Assembly (NCBI GenBank): GCA_030390025.1
Contig: JASTWF010000048.1
Location: 558,001 to 622,000 of the forward strand
Direction of reading: 5' to 3'
DNA length: 64,000 bases
Origin: Squalus acanthias
Taxonomy: Eukaryota
The notes under the pieces were generated by a model. That model was not told the DNA's origin and did no database searches. It saw only the letters and a list, made by a program, of their open reading frames with translations. The position numbers and the translations under genes are program-made. Below are positions 1-12,872 of the stretch, in pieces; position 1 is the stretch's first letter; each line of letters starts with the position of its first letter.

Positions 1-1139
1 GATAGTTAAAATCCCCCATAATTATAGATGTTCCCTTATTACATGCCTCAACTATTTCCTGATTGATACTCCGTCCAATAGAGTTGCAACTGTTCGGAGG
101 CCTATAGACTACGCCCACTAATGTTTTTTCCCCTTATTATTCCTTATCTCCACCCAAACTGTTTCATTATCATGATTTTTTGACCCAATATCATTACTCT
201 GTATTACAGTGATTCCTTCCTTTATTAACATAGCCACCCCACCTCCCCTTCCTTCCTGCCTGTCCTTCCTGATCGTTAAATAACCTGGTATGTTTAATTC
301 CCAGGCATTGTCACCCTGCAGCCATGTTTCTGTAATGGCCACAATATCATAACCATATGTAGTTATTTGTGCCATTAACTCGTCTATTTTGTTACGAATG
401 CTACGTGCATTCAGATAGAGAACTTTCAAATATGCTTTGTGGCACTTAGTTCCTGCTTTTTCACTTTTTACCAGTTTACCTTTTACTCCACACACTCTGT
501 CCCTTCCTGCCACGCTCTGATTTGTGCTTCCCCTACTGCTACCTATGTCTATGACCCTCTCTGTTGTCATTTTTATTTTTTGCTCTCTTGAAACCTCCCC
601 CCCACTAATTAGTTCAAAGCCCTCTCCACAGCCCTAGTTATTCGATTCGCCAGGACACTAGTCCCAGCACTGGCCAAGTGAAGTCCGTCCCAACGGAACA
701 GCTCTCTCCTGCCCCAGTACTGGTGCCAGTGTCCCAAGAAGCAAAACCCATTTTTCCCACACCAGTCTTTGAGCCACGCATTCAACTCCCTGATTTTATT
801 TACCCTAGCCAAATTTGCTCGTGGCTCAGGTAGTAATCCAGAGATTATTACCCTCGAGGTTCTGCTTTTTAATTTGGCCCCTAGCTGCTCAAACTCCCTC
901 AGCAGAACCTCTTTCCTTGTCCTATCTATGTCATTGGTACCAACATGGACCACGACAACTGGATCCTCCCCCTCCCACTCCAAGTTTCTCTCCAGCCCAG
1001 AGGAGATGTCCTTAACCCTGGCACCGGGCAGGCAACACAGCCTTCGGGACTCTCGCTCTTGGCTGCAAAGAACCCTATCTATCCCCCTAATGATACTATC
1101 CCCTACCACTACAACATTTCTTTTTACTCCCCCCACTTG
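1..1139 (-). mobile_element. CR1-clade LINE fragment (ORF1 SGNH esterase + start of ORF2 APE endonuclease), 5'-truncated, inserted in the V1 leader intron
   Basis: ORF 609-1138(-) has GDSIIR/GARVKD/HVGTND/DGLHL esterase motifs. ORF2 has LNARS..ITETWL, then a frameshift near 120, then VYRPP..MGDFN. Homology with the paralogue at ~46113 starts at ~1140. Confidence 0.9.
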
Positions 1140-1662
1140 AATTTGAACACAAAGGTTGAGAATTTTAAAATCGACGCACTGCCGCACCAGTAACCAGTGT
1201 ACGTTAGCGAGTCTGTGCTGCAGGGGTTATAGGCGAGCGCGTCTTATTGTGAAATAGGATGATAATGACATATGATGTAGTTGGAAAATACTACACATGC
1301 AACTGATTGCTCTAGTCGCGGACCTGCTCCATGTTACAAGCAAATTCGTGCATCGATTTAAGATAATTGACAAAAGAACCAGAGGGGAGATGAGGAGAAA
1401 AGTATTTTTTGTTATGCAGCATGTTATGATGACCTGGAACCCACTGCCTTTAAGGGCGATGGATGTAGTTTGAACAGTAACTTTCGAAAGGGAATTTGTT
1501 GAAGACTTGAAAGGGAGAACGTTGCAGGGCTATGTGGAAAGAGCCGGTGAGTGGGATTAATTGGATAGCTTTACAAAAAGATCCTGCACAGACACTATAG
1601 GCCGAATGGCCTCTTTCTGTGCTTCGGATTTATTAATTATCTTAATTTGTTTTGTTTTTTAG

Positions 1663-1965
1663 ATTTTACACATGGATTGAGGCCACTTCAAAGTCAACTC
1701 ACGCTGGTGATTGCAGAAGACATACTTGCAACCATAAGTTGCTATGAACAGGATTCGACACCTCAATACATGCTCTGGTACAGCCAATCGGCTGGCCAGG
1801 GTCTCACGTTGATCGGATACATTCAAATCGGAGGAACGGTTCATTACGAAGAGAAGGATCAAACCCGGTTTCAAATTGCAGGAAACGGCGATAGAAACTC
1901 TAATCTGAAGCTCCCCAGGGCTGCACCTGCAGACACGGCGGTCTATTACTGTGCGACGAGTGACG
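1663..1965 (+). CDS. TRBV: TCR V segment V1, V exon (leader is upstream of the window); open
   Basis: Splice acceptor AG 1661-1662; ISC..WYSQ..DTAVYYCATSD; followed by a 23-RSS. Confidence 0.88.
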
Positions 1966-2004
1966 CACAGCGTTGCAGATTGGTTGAGCGCCCTGTCAAA
2001 AACC
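1966..2004 (+). other. 23-RSS of V1
   Basis: CACAGCG-23 bp-TCAAAAACC. Confidence 0.93.
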
Positions 2005-2029
2005 CAGCCGGCTCGAAGCGTGAAGAAGG

Positions 2030-2790
2030 AACGAAAGAAATTTCATTTCTATAGCGCCTTTTACGACCTGAGGGCTTCACGAAGCGCTTCCCAGCCAATG
2101 AAGCACCTGTTTTAAAGTGTGGTCGCTGTTGTAATCTAAGGAAACACTGCCGCCAATATTCCCACAGGAAGATCCCCACAAACTGCAATGAGGTCATGAC
2201 CAGATATTCTGTAGTTTTATTGATGTTTCATTGTCACTAGAAAAAACTCAGCTGCTCTTCTTCCAATAGTGTCCGTTGAATGTTTTACATCCACCTGAGA
2301 GAGAAGACGAGGCCACGGTTGAACATCACATGCAAAATGGCACCTCTAACAGTGCAGCTCTCACTCAGTATTGCCCGTCCGACAGTGCAGCGCTCCCTCA
2401 GAGCTACCTCTCCATTAGTGCAGCACTCCCTCAGTACTGCCCGTCCGAGAGTGCGGCACTCCCTCAGTCCTATCTCTCCGACAGTGCAGCGCTCCCTCAG
2501 TAATGCCCCTCCAACAGTGCGGCCCTCCCTCAGTACTACCTCTCCAACAGTGTAGCTTTCCCTCAGTGCTGCCCCTCCGACAGTGCGGCACTCCCTCAGT
2601 ACTATCTCTCCAAGAGTGCAGCGCGCCCTCAGTATTTCCCCTCCGACAGTGCGGTACTCCCTCAGTATTTCCCCTCCGAAAGTGCAGCACTGCCTCAGTA
2701 CTACCCCTCTGACAGTGCCTTTTTTGTTCAAGTCCCTGGAGTAGGTCTCGAACCCACAAAAATCCGTCTAAAAGGCAAGTTAATGCAAAA
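2030..2790 (-). mobile_element. Deu-core (SacSINE1-like) SINE with internal 32-bp tandem expansion (~2340-2715)
   Basis: Unit CAGTACTGCCCCTCCGACAGTGCAGCGCTCCCT; tRNA B-box-like end near 2745; Deu-like core on the minus strand. Confidence 0.6.
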
Positions 2791-4259
2791 AACTTACGGT
2801 AATTTTAGAGCTAGATCCCCGTTTGCTGTTTACATAAATCACATGTTCACTACTGTCTTTCAGGGAAATTAACCTGCATCGCCAAACTACAACAGCAACA
2901 ATAAACTACATTTATATAACGCCTTTAACGTAGAAAATAATATTGTAGGAGCTCGTGTTAAGGGAGGGTGCAAGGTGGGAGGTCGAGCAGGAATAGCATT
3001 GGAGTATTCGAGCCTGGAGGTAATAAAGGCATGGATGACTTTGCATGCCCTCAGGAAAACAAAAGGTGGACAATAATAATAACTGCTCAACTGAAAAACG
3101 GATGATCTGGCCATTCACTTTATTGCTCTTTGTGGGCGAAACAGTAGAATGTTCAGAATTTTAGCTGTGTGAATTCATCGCCGGCAGAGGGAGCTCTTGT
3201 GCAATTAAAGAAAGCATCTAATGAGTCGGTCGTCATGCAGTCATTCCATCAAAGCTCTCTTGGCTGGCCTCAACGTAAACTTGAGATCATCTAAAACTCG
3301 GCTGCCCCGTGTTTCTGACTCGATCCAAGTCCTGTTCACTCAGCTCCCCTGTGCTCTTTGACATAGATTGGTTCCCGGTTAAGCAACGCCTCGATTTTAT
3401 AATTCTCATCCTTGTTATCAAAACCCTCCATGGCCTCGCCCCGTCCCTATCTCTGCAATCTCCTCCAGCCCGACAACTCCCCGAGATATCTGCGCTCCTC
3501 TAATTCTGCCCTCTTGAGCATCCTTGATTATAATCGCTCAACCATTGGTGGCCATGCCTTCTGTTGGACTGGGCCCTAAGCTCTAGACTTCCCTGTCTGA
3601 ACCTCCCGCTTCTCTACCTCTCTATCCTCCTTTAAGATGCTCCTTAAAACCTACATCATCACTGAAGCTTTGGGTCACCTGCCTTAATTTCACTTTATGT
3701 GTCCCGGTGTCAATTTACTGTCTTATAATTCTCCTGTGAAGCGCCTAGGGACGCTTTACGACGTTAATGGCGCTATACAAATACAAGTTGTTGTTGTTGT
3801 AAAACAGCTGACGTATCCGAAACCTTAAGATACAATCATGGATTTGGAATCGCTGCCTAATGCAACAACAACAATTTGCACTTGTATAACGCCGCTGCAT
3901 TAGATTAAATTCCAGATCACTTAGAATTATATATAATTTACAGCACAGAAGCAGGTCACTCGGCCCAACTGGTCAGTGCCGGTGTTTATGCGCCACACGA
4001 GCATTCTCCCACCTGACTCCAACTCACCCTATCAGCATATCTTTCTATTCCTTTCTCGCTCATTGGATGGGGCTTTCAAACAAGCTGTGAAGGGGCGGGG
4101 CTGTCAAACAGACGCTGAGAAAGCCGAAGATGTCAATCAGGCTGTGAGGGGGCGGGGCTTTCAATCAGACTGAGAGAGCCAAAGTTGTCAATCAGATTGT
4201 GCGTGGGATGCGCTGTCAGACAGATTTGAGGGAGGGTGGTGCTGGGTCCGGGGGTTTCC

Positions 4260-5383
4260 ACGGCAGTGCTGGAGGGGCAGCAATGAGTGAACGTTGCACT
4301 CTCGGAGGGTCAGTGCTGAGGGAGCGCTGCACTGTCGGAGGGTAAGTACTGAGGGAGCGCTACACTGTCGGAGGGGCAGTACTGAGGGTGTGCCGCACTG
4401 TGGGAGGGGGCATTACTGAGGGACTGCTGCACTGTGTGAGCAGTACTGAGGGAGTGCTGTACTGTCGGAGGGGACAGTACTAAGGAAGTGATGCAGTGTG
4501 GGAGTGCTGTACTGTCGAAGGGCCAGTAATGAGGGAGCTTTGCACTATCGGAGGGGCTGGACGTAGGGAGCGCTGAACTGTCCGATGGGCAGTACTGCGG
4601 GTGTACTGCACTTCTTGAGGGGCAGTACTGAGGGAGTGCCGCACTGTCGGAGGGGCAGTACTGAGGGAGTGCCGCACTGTCGGAGGGGCAGTACTGAGGG
4701 AGTACTGCACTTTTGGAGGGACAGTACTGAGGGAGCGCTGCACGGTCGCATGGTCAGTCCTGAGGAAGCGCTGCACTGTCGGAGGGGCAGTACTGAGGGA
4801 GCACTGCACTGTCGGAGGGGCAGCACTGAGGGAGTGCTGCACTGTCGGAGTGGCAGTATTGAGGGAGTGCTGCACTGTCGGAGGGGCAGTACTGAGGGAG
4901 TGCTGCACTGTCGGAGGGGCAGTACTGAGGGAGTGCTACACTGTCGGAGAGCAGTACTGAGGGAGTGCTGCACTGTCAGATGGGCAGTACTGAGGTAGCG
5001 CTGCACAGTCAAAGGGGCAGGACTGAGGGAGCGCTGCACTGTCGGAGGTTAAGAACTGAGGGAGCGCTGCACTGTCGGAAGTGCTGTCTTTCGGATGAGA
5101 CGCTAAACTGAGTCCCCGCCTGCCCTCTTATGTGAACGTAAAAGATTCCCTGGCAATATTTCAAAGAGCAGAGGAGTTCTCCCTGGAGTCCTGACCAATG
5201 TTTATCCCTCAAACATGATCACCAATACAGCATTTGTATTCACTTATTTCACTTCCATTATTGGGAGCTTGCTGTGCACACAGTGACTGCCGCATTTCTT
5301 GCATTTCAATAATGACCACACTTCAAAAATAAATTATTTGCAGTGAAGCGCTTTGATACGGCATGGGGAAGTGAAAGGAACTA
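4260..5383 (+). repeat. 32-bp minisatellite (~4260-5080) inside a Deu-core SINE
   Basis: (GCACTGTCGGAGGGGCAGTACTGAGGGAGTGCT)n followed by core GGGAGCTTGCTGTGCAC...CACACTTCAAAA...AAGCGCTTTG. Confidence 0.8.
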
Positions 5384-6100
5384 NNNNNNNNNNNNNNNNN
5401 NNNNNNNNNNNNNNNNNNNNNNNNNNNNNNNNNNNNNNNNNNNNNNNNNNNNNNNNNNNNNNNNNNNNNNNNNNNNNNNNNNNNNNNNNNNNNNNNNNNN
5501 NNNNNNNNNNNNNNNNNNNNNNNNNNNNNNNNNNNNNNNNNNNNNNNNNNNNNNNNNNNNNNNNNNNNNNNNNNNNNNNNNNNNNNNNNNNNNNNNNNNN
5601 NNNNNNNNNNNNNNNNNNNNNNNNNNNNNNNNNNNNNNNNNNNNNNNNNNNNNNNNNNNNNNNNNNNNNNNNNNNNNNNNNNNNNNNNNNNNNNNNNNNN
5701 NNNNNNNNNNNNNNNNNNNNNNNNNNNNNNNNNNNNNNNNNNNNNNNNNNNNNNNNNNNNNTCATGCCGTGCAAACGTGGAAAACAAGATGAAGCAATCA
5801 CAGCCAATGGGAGCGCTTCTGCAACTGCAGCAGGTTGCTCGTCAGAATTGCGGCGAGCAATCTTTACTGTAAAATCTGTAATATATGCGGAGAACAATTG
5901 AGATCCAATCAAAGCAGTCCAATTCACATTCAATCCTCTTCTGTTCAATTCCAAGTGACAAAAGAGCACCACGCCATGTGTCATCCCTAACAGTTCTGGT
6001 CTCCAAATTATAAAAAGGATATCGAGGTACATGGAGCAGGTGCAAACATTTCTTTATATGAATGATAACAAAATTGAGAGGTTTTACCTATCAGAAAAGA

Positions 6101-6912
6101 GAGACACCTGTCAGTGTACAGATATCTCCCTGAGGCAGAGGGACCTAGAGACACCCGTCAGCGTATGGATAGTTGCTTGAGCGAGAGTGACTGAGAGACA
6201 CCAGTCAGTGTACAGATATCTCCCTGTGAGTGTGGGACTGAGAGACACCAGTCAGTGTACAGATATCTCACTGAGGGAGAAGGACTGAGAGACACCAGTC
6301 AGTGTACAGATATCTCCCTGAGGGAGAGGGACTGAGAGGCACCAGTCAGTGTACAGATATCTCCCTGTGAGAGAGGGACTGAGAGACACCAGTCATTGTA
6401 CAGATATCTGCCTGTGAGAGAGGGACAGAGAGACACCAGTCAGTGTACAGATATCTCCCTGTGAGAGATGGACTGAGAGACACCAGTCAGAGTACAGATA
6501 TCTCCCTGAGGGAGAGCGACTGAGAGACACCAGTCAGTGTACAGATATCTCCCTGTGACAGAGGGACTGAGAGACACCAGTCAGTGTACAGATATCTCCA
6601 TGTGAGAGAGGGACTGAGAGACACCAGTCGGAATACAGATATCTCCCTGAGGGAGAGCGACTGAGAGACACCAGTCAGTGTACAGATATTTCCCTGAGGG
6701 AGAGGGGAGGAAGTGATACCTGTCAGGGTACAGATATCTCCCTGAGGGAGAGGGACTGAGAGACACCAGTTAGTGTACAGATATCTCCGTGTGTGAGAGG
6801 GACTGAGTGACGCCAGTCAGTGTACAGTTATCTCCCTGAGGGAGAGCGTCTGAGAGACACCAGTCAGTGTACAGATATGTCCCTGACGGAGAGGGGAGGA
6901 TGAGTCACCTGA
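6101..6912 (+). repeat. 47-bp minisatellite embedded in a CR1 fragment
   Basis: GAGACACCAGTCAGTGTACAGATATCTCCCTGAGGGAGAGGGACTGA with period 47 (6197, 6244, 6291...). Confidence 0.92.
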
Positions 6913-7916
6913 TATAAAGGCTGAAGTCAATTCCTGCTGTGATAACACAGGATAATAGACAGCCATTGTTTGGTTGATTGTGCACATTTCTGGTCTCCAT
7001 ATTATAAAAAGAGATCAAGAAGCACTGGAGAAGGTGCAAGGAAAAGATTTCAAGGATGACTTCAGAAACGGAGAGAGTTTTTACTGTCAGGAAAGACTGA
7101 ACAGGCTGGGGCTATTTTCTCTAGAAAAGAGAAGGCCGAGGAGTGATCTGATAGAGGTCTTTAAGATTATGAAAGGTTTTGAGAGGGTAGACGTGGAAAG
7201 GAACTTTCCACTTGTGGGGAGACCGAAACTAGGGACCATCAATACAAGTTAGTCGCTAATAAATCCATCTGGGAATCCAGGAGTAACCTCTTTACTCAGA
7301 GAGAGATTAGAATGTGGAGCTCATTAAGAGAAGTAGTTACAGTGCACAGCTCTGGTCTCCATATTATAAAATGACATTGAGGCACTGAAGAATGTCCAAA
7401 AAAGATTGACTGGAATGAAAGCAGAACTGAGAGGGTAGAGCTATCAGGAAATCTAGATGAACACTTTAGAGAGAAAGGAAAAGAAGGATATATTGTTTGG
7501 GTTAGATGAGGAGCGGTTGGAGGAGGCTCGTGTGGACCATACACACCGGTATGGACTTGCTGTGCCGAAAGGCTTGATTTTATGTCCCATTCTCAAATAC
7601 TATGTAATTCTTTGCACAGTAGCAAATCGTGGTTGTAAAAACAAAACACTCAACATGTCAGGCAGCATCTTTGATATATATATACATTAATACAATTATA
7701 ATAATATCAATTTTAACTTATTTGTATTTTTACTGTTTTATTTTTTCAACGCAATCGTCGGGTTGAAACATAGGACATGAAACTAATTCATAGATTTGTA
7801 AAGTTTACCGCGGCTGAGAGAGAAATAGTTAAATTTTATGTACCTCCTGTTGTCTGTAGTTGCCGCAGCGAGCCGCCAATACCATACATGGGCAAGTATA
7901 GCTCCTTCCACTGGAC

Positions 7917-7933
7917 GGTGATGTCACTTCCTG
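7917..7933 (+). promoter_or_regulatory. Vbeta promoter decamer (CRE-like) overlapping an ETS site
   Basis: GGTGATGTCACTTCCTG ~105 bp upstream of the V2 ATG; resembles the conserved TRBV decamer AGTGAYRTCA. Confidence 0.7.
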
Positions 7934-8029
7934 ATTGCCAGACAAAAGAAACGGAGAGGAAGTAGCAGCTTGGAGCCGATGCCAGGGAAGTGAATACGAG
8001 AACAGATCATCTGCTGAACGACTGACAGC

Positions 8030-8950
8030 ATGACCTCTACCACTTTGGTGTGTTCCCTGTTTCTGTTTATCTTATGTAAGTACTTTCGCTGTGGCGGAAT
8101 TGTTTCAGCTGTCAACTTACTTGTGACTTCTCAAATTGTGGGTGTTCCTAACGCGGTTGCTCTGCTTTAGTTTGATACCAGTCCGTATTCTAAGAAGAAC
8201 ATGGAGCATCACGCCCCAGTCCCACCTCTAACTCAGTACAGACCGGAATAAAGGAAAGAAGTAACTCGCATTTCTATAGCGCCCTAAACGAACTCAGGAT
8301 GTTCCAAAGTGCTTTACAACTTTTAAAAGGTTGTCACTGTTATAATGTAGGACACGCGGGCTGTTAATATGCGCACAGCAAGCTCACACAAAAATAGCAA
8401 TATGATAATGAACTGAACATCTGTTTTTGTTCAGCGGTATTGGTTGAGGGATAAATATTGGCCCAGGACAGGCCGAAGTTGATCCTGGCGTTTTCCGGGT
8501 CTGAATGGGTCGGTGTTACATCGGGCCATGTATTTACCCCAAACACCCATCGTTCAGGCAGCTTTTCTCGGATTTGATGAAACACGTCCCACGTTTCTGA
8601 TTTCAACTTGGCCCCTCTTTTCTATCCCCTTTCATTGTTGTTCTTCAGCCCCATCTAGAAGTTCCATCGTCCACCAGTGGGGGAGATGGTTGTCGGTTGG
8701 AAAGGGTGAAGAGGTGGAAATGCACTGTTACCAGAACGACACCAGCAATGCATACATGTACTGGTACCGGCAGTACAGCGGGGCAGGGTTGCAGCTCATA
8801 GCGACCTCGGTATCCGGCAGCGAGCCAACACACGAGGATGGATTCAAGGAAAGGTTTGAAGTAAAGAGACCCGATCCTAAGTCCTGCAGCCTGAAAATAC
8901 TGAGCGCCGAGCCGACTGACACGGCGGCCTATTACTGCGCTGCTACACAG
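8030..8950 (+). CDS. TRBV: TCR beta V segment V2 (leader 8030-8075, V exon 8649-8950); open
   Basis: Leader MTSTTLVCSLFLFIL|gtaag; MHCYQNDTSNAYMYWYRQ..GFKERF..RPD..YYCAAT, which resembles shark TCR beta V as I recall it. Confidence 0.92.
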
Positions 8951-8989
8951 CACAGCGATTCAAACAACCGCACAGCCGGTTCAAAAACT
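8951..8989 (+). other. 23-RSS of V2
   Basis: CACAGCG-23-TCAAAAACT. Confidence 0.93.
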
Positions 8990-9208
8990 CACTGCAACTC
9001 CGAACAGAAAGATGCCGGAACTCCCAGACCTACCGTCGCACGACTGACGCGCACGAAATTGCTCTGTCCGCATTGAAAATGTTATTTTGTGTTAAACCAG
9101 TTAAATCCTTCCTAAAAACAGACGATACGATATAATTATACTTGGGGGATACGAGTTTGCCTTTACCAACGCGGCTGTCATTTCAATGCAAACATCTTCG
9201 TTCAGGCA

Positions 9209-9222
9209 CCACTAGGGGGAGC
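9209..9222 (+). promoter_or_regulatory. CTCF-binding motif
   Basis: CCACTAGGGGGAGC, a near-consensus core 220 bp downstream of the V2 RSS; conserved in the duplicate at 50778. Confidence 0.65.
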
Positions 9223-10128
9223 TCTGGTATAACAAGAGGAAGCCTACATTGAAACTTGCAGATTCATAGCAATATAGGAACAGGAGCAGAACATTTAGCC
9301 CCTCGAGCCTGTTACATAAGCATAGGAGTAGACCAGTTGGCCCCTCGAGCATGTTCCGCGATTCAATTCGATCATGGCTGATCTGTATCTTAACTGCATC
9401 TCCTCGCCTTGGTTTCAAAATCCTTAATAACTTTGCCTAACGGAATTCTATTGATATCAGTTTTGACATTTTCAATTGACCCCCAGCCTCAGCAGCTATT
9501 TGGGGGAGAGCGTTTTAGGTTTCCACTTAACTTTGTCTGAATAACTGCTTCCTGACATCATCCATGTAAAGCCGAGCTCTAAGTTTATTTTCCATTTTTC
9601 TGGACTTTCCCATCGGAAGAAATAATTTCTCTCTATCTACCCTAGCAAACCCTTTTTATCAAATTTCAGCACCCCACGTTTTTATGCGTGAGTTAGGTGA
9701 AGGTGCAAGGGCTATAGTGCAGAACAGCGCTAGTATGAAAATATATGAGAAAGTGTGAGATAAATTAAGATTATCTTCTTTGTATTCATTCTCGGGATGT
9801 GGACGTCGCTGGTAAGACCGGCATTGATAGCCCATCCCTTGTTGCCCCTTGAGAAGGTGGTGGTGGGTCTTCTCTTGAACCGCTGCTGTACCGTGTGATG
9901 GAAGTGCCAACACAGCGTTGTTCGGAAGGGGGTTCCAGGATGTTGACCCAGCGTCGCTGAAGGAATGGCCGATTTATGTCCAAATTGGGACGGTGTGTGT
10001 GTGTGACTGGAGGAGGACTGGGAGGTGATGGTGTTTCCAATGGACCTGCTGCCGTGTTGGGCTATTAAAGCTTATACACTGATTTCTAAAGCTCGGGGAA
10101 CCCCACAGTTGAAGTCCCACTGGAACAA

Positions 10129-10475
10129 AGGAGTTTGCACATTCTCCTCGTGTTTGCGTGGGTTTTCTCCGGGTGCTACGGTTTCCTCTCACAGTCCAAA
10201 AATGTGCGGGTTAGGTTGATTTGGCTATGATAAATTGACCCTTAGTGTTAGGTGGGGATTAAATATGTGGGGTTATGGGGATAGGATGGGATATGTTAGG
10301 GGGAATTAAATACGTGGGGTTACGGGGGTAGGGTGGGATATGTGTACTGTGGGGATTAAAGCAGGGACAGGGTACTGGACTTGGATGATCAGCCATGATC
10401 CTATTGAATGGTGGAGCAGGCTCGACTGGCCGAATGGCCTACTCCTGCTCCCAGATTCTATTTTTCTATGTTTCT
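10129..10475 (+). mobile_element. 5'-truncated V-SINE (HE1-like), present only in duplicate copy A
   Basis: V-domain GGAGTTTGCACATTCTCC..GGTTTCCTC..; CR1-like 3' tail (TTCTATGT); absent at the paralogous site ~51730. Confidence 0.7.
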
Positions 10476-10808
10476 AATCCACTTCCATTCAGGCATAGAG
10501 ATTACACCAGGGAAACGGGTCCACGTCAAAAAATAGTTCTCATCACATTTACTCGCCCTCTCTTCCTGCATCGTACAAGGAACTGGATGAGCTCCATAGC
10601 AGGACAGACCGCTCGACCTCGACCTTAAATCGAAAAATCGTCTAGCCTTATGAGCCAGTTTCCCAACTCGCCCCATCCAACACCAGTCAGACACATACAA
10701 TGGCACCCGCAGGGACCGGAACTCGTTGTGTCTCATTCTGCTTTCGACCAGGTCGTCTGAATATTCTGTCATTCAGGAAGTGACGAGTCGAAAGGGAACA
10801 TAACTTCT

Positions 10809-10825
10809 CGTGATGTCATTCCCGG
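10809..10825 (+). promoter_or_regulatory. Vbeta promoter decamer of V3
   Basis: CGTGATGTCATTCCCGG ~75 bp upstream of ATG 10891; also conserved at 52099-52108. Confidence 0.7.
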
Positions 10826-10890
10826 CTGACAGTTTTAAATTCTGCTGCCTGCAATTTGTCCAATAGCAGATTCAGCCCCTAGCCTGTAGG

Positions 10891-11752
10891 ATGCAGTTAG
10901 ACATTCTCTTCATTATCCTCTGGCCGCTATTTGCATGTACGTAAAATGTTATTTGTGTTTTCATTCACTATTAACTCTTTCTAACAATGGTATTCTCATG
11001 CCGTAGCATAGCATATTAACTGTTGCATAAACTGTGTATTTAACTTGATAATTGAATGGATGATGATTATGAATAATTTTGGTTCAATGAATTTTTTGAT
11101 TAAATAGTTTTATTACCTATATTTTCGTATCTCTAATATAGTATTGCCATTTAATGGTAAATTTGAATTAATTCGAGGTCAGTTNNNNNNNNNNNNNNNN
11201 NNNNNNNNNNNNNNNNNNNNNNNNNNNNNNNNNNNNNNNNNNNNNNNNNNNNNNNNNNNNNNNNNNNNNNNNNNNNNNNNNNNNNNNNNNNNNNNNNNNN
11301 NNNNNNNNNNNNNNNNNNNNNNNNNNNNNNNNNNNNNNNNNNNNNNNNNNNNNNNNNNNNNNNNNNNNNNNNNNNNNNNNNNNNNNNNNNNNNNNNNNNN
11401 NNNNNNNNNNNNNACACTGAACTATGTAAACGTTCTCCTTATTTTTTAAGGTAAAACATTAGCCGAGGTGATACACCAATGGCCAAGTACAGTAACAATG
11501 AATAAAGGTGAACCAGCAGAATTAAACTGTTACCAGAACGAGAGCAGCAAACTCGTCATGCTTTGGTATCGGCAGCACGCCGGTCAGAGCCACAACCTTA
11601 TAGGGTATTCTCGTACTGGAATTGCAGCCGAATTGGAAGAAAACTTTGAGAAGGAGGTCGAGATTGTGAGGCCCGAGGCGAAAAAGTGCACCCTGAAGAT
11701 CTTCAAGGTGAAGGCTGCGGATACAGCCGTGTATTACTGTGCAGCCAGTGAG
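10891..11752 (+). CDS. TRBV: TCR beta V segment V3 (leader 10891-10936, V exon 11451-11752); open
   Basis: Leader MQLDILFIILWPLFA|gtacgt; LNCYQN..WYRQ..DTAVYYCAASE. Confidence 0.92.
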
Positions 11753-11791
11753 CACAGCGCTGCAGACTGCGCGAGTACCAGTACAAAAACC
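11753..11791 (+). other. 23-RSS of V3
   Basis: CACAGCG-23-ACAAAAACC. Confidence 0.95.
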
Positions 11792-12545
11792 AGCAGAGTG
11801 AAAAACAGAACTCACTGAATAACAAGAGCTGTGTCAATGGCTAATGTCTGCACGCTTCACCGGCTGTTTCCACCTGGTTACACGCCGCTTCTTGCCCGTT
11901 TAACAAGGGCAGAATGACAGGAAATAAGAGAAGGTGCGAGGAAATGAGAGACAGAAAGAAAGAAGCAACGAAAGAAGGAAAGAATGAAGGGAAGAAAGAA
12001 GGGAATAAATAAGGAAAGAAGTACAGAAGAAAAGATGGAAATAAAGAAAGAAAGAAGGAAAGAAGTAAAGATGGAAAGAAAGAAAGAAAGGTGTCTTAGA
12101 ACCCCTGAAAAGAGGCGATTCAATATCCTTGTCTGTGTTATTTTCTTTCTGGTGATGAGGATGTTAAAAATAAGTCGTTCTCAATGTTCTAGACTTGATC
12201 AACTTAAACGGATATATAACGATCTAAATAATGCAATTCGTTAACATCACCGCGATGAAGTGATATACGGGCAGTCAATGATTTAATATAAGATAGTTGG
12301 CTCTTAAATATATTCATTTATGGACCACAAATGTCATTAATATTATTCTAACCTTTTAATATTTGCACCCAGATGCGCGTTTTGAGATTTACACGTTGTA
12401 TTTTGCATTTACGTTTTCCCAGGTGATTGTAGGATATTAGGTGCGAGCCTTAATTTCCATCGGTAATTTAGCGCAACTCCCACATCTCTTGTCGCAAGTG
12501 TAACGCAAACCATCCTAATTATTTCCCCGTAATTCCTGTTTCCAG

Positions 12546-12872
12546 TTGTTTCATGGGCCGATTGTTGAATCAATGACTCATCGAGCTAGGATGTACCGAA
12601 CAGAACTGTGAGCAGAACAGAACGTTTCACAATAACATGCTGTGTTATCGTCAGCCCGCCGGCGATAAGGGTTACTCAGATCCATTCATTTATGAGGTGA
12701 CGCTCAGTATCTTCAAGGTTTTAACAGCGGATTTGGTACTACGAGACTAGGGAGAATAAGAAATCCCCACTGATGATCGAAAGCTTTAAAGGCTCGGAAT
12801 AGGCGGTGTATTTCTGTGCATCTGCTGATGGGATATAGCGGTTCAGAGTCAGGCGCTGCATATGCAAATGAC
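12546..12872 (+). pseudogene. Heavily decayed V relic with degenerate RSS
   Basis: Fragments NCEQNRTFHNNMLCYRQPAG and AVYFCASAD with stops/frameshifts; TATAGCG-23-GCAAATGAC. Confidence 0.65.

Noticed and set aside
609-1187. Host GDSL/SGNH lipase gene
   Set aside because: It lies directly upstream of an APE-type ORF2, so it is CR1 ORF1
4300-5080. CACTGTC/GACAGTG in each 32-mer as cryptic RSS arrays
   Set aside because: No A-rich nonamer at 12 or 23 bp, and it belongs to a dispersed SINE family
5798-5836. CACAGCC after the gap as the RSS of a hidden V
   Set aside because: No nonamer at 23 bp and no YYC upstream
5323-6032. ORFs running through N gaps
   Set aside because: Artefacts of unknown bases
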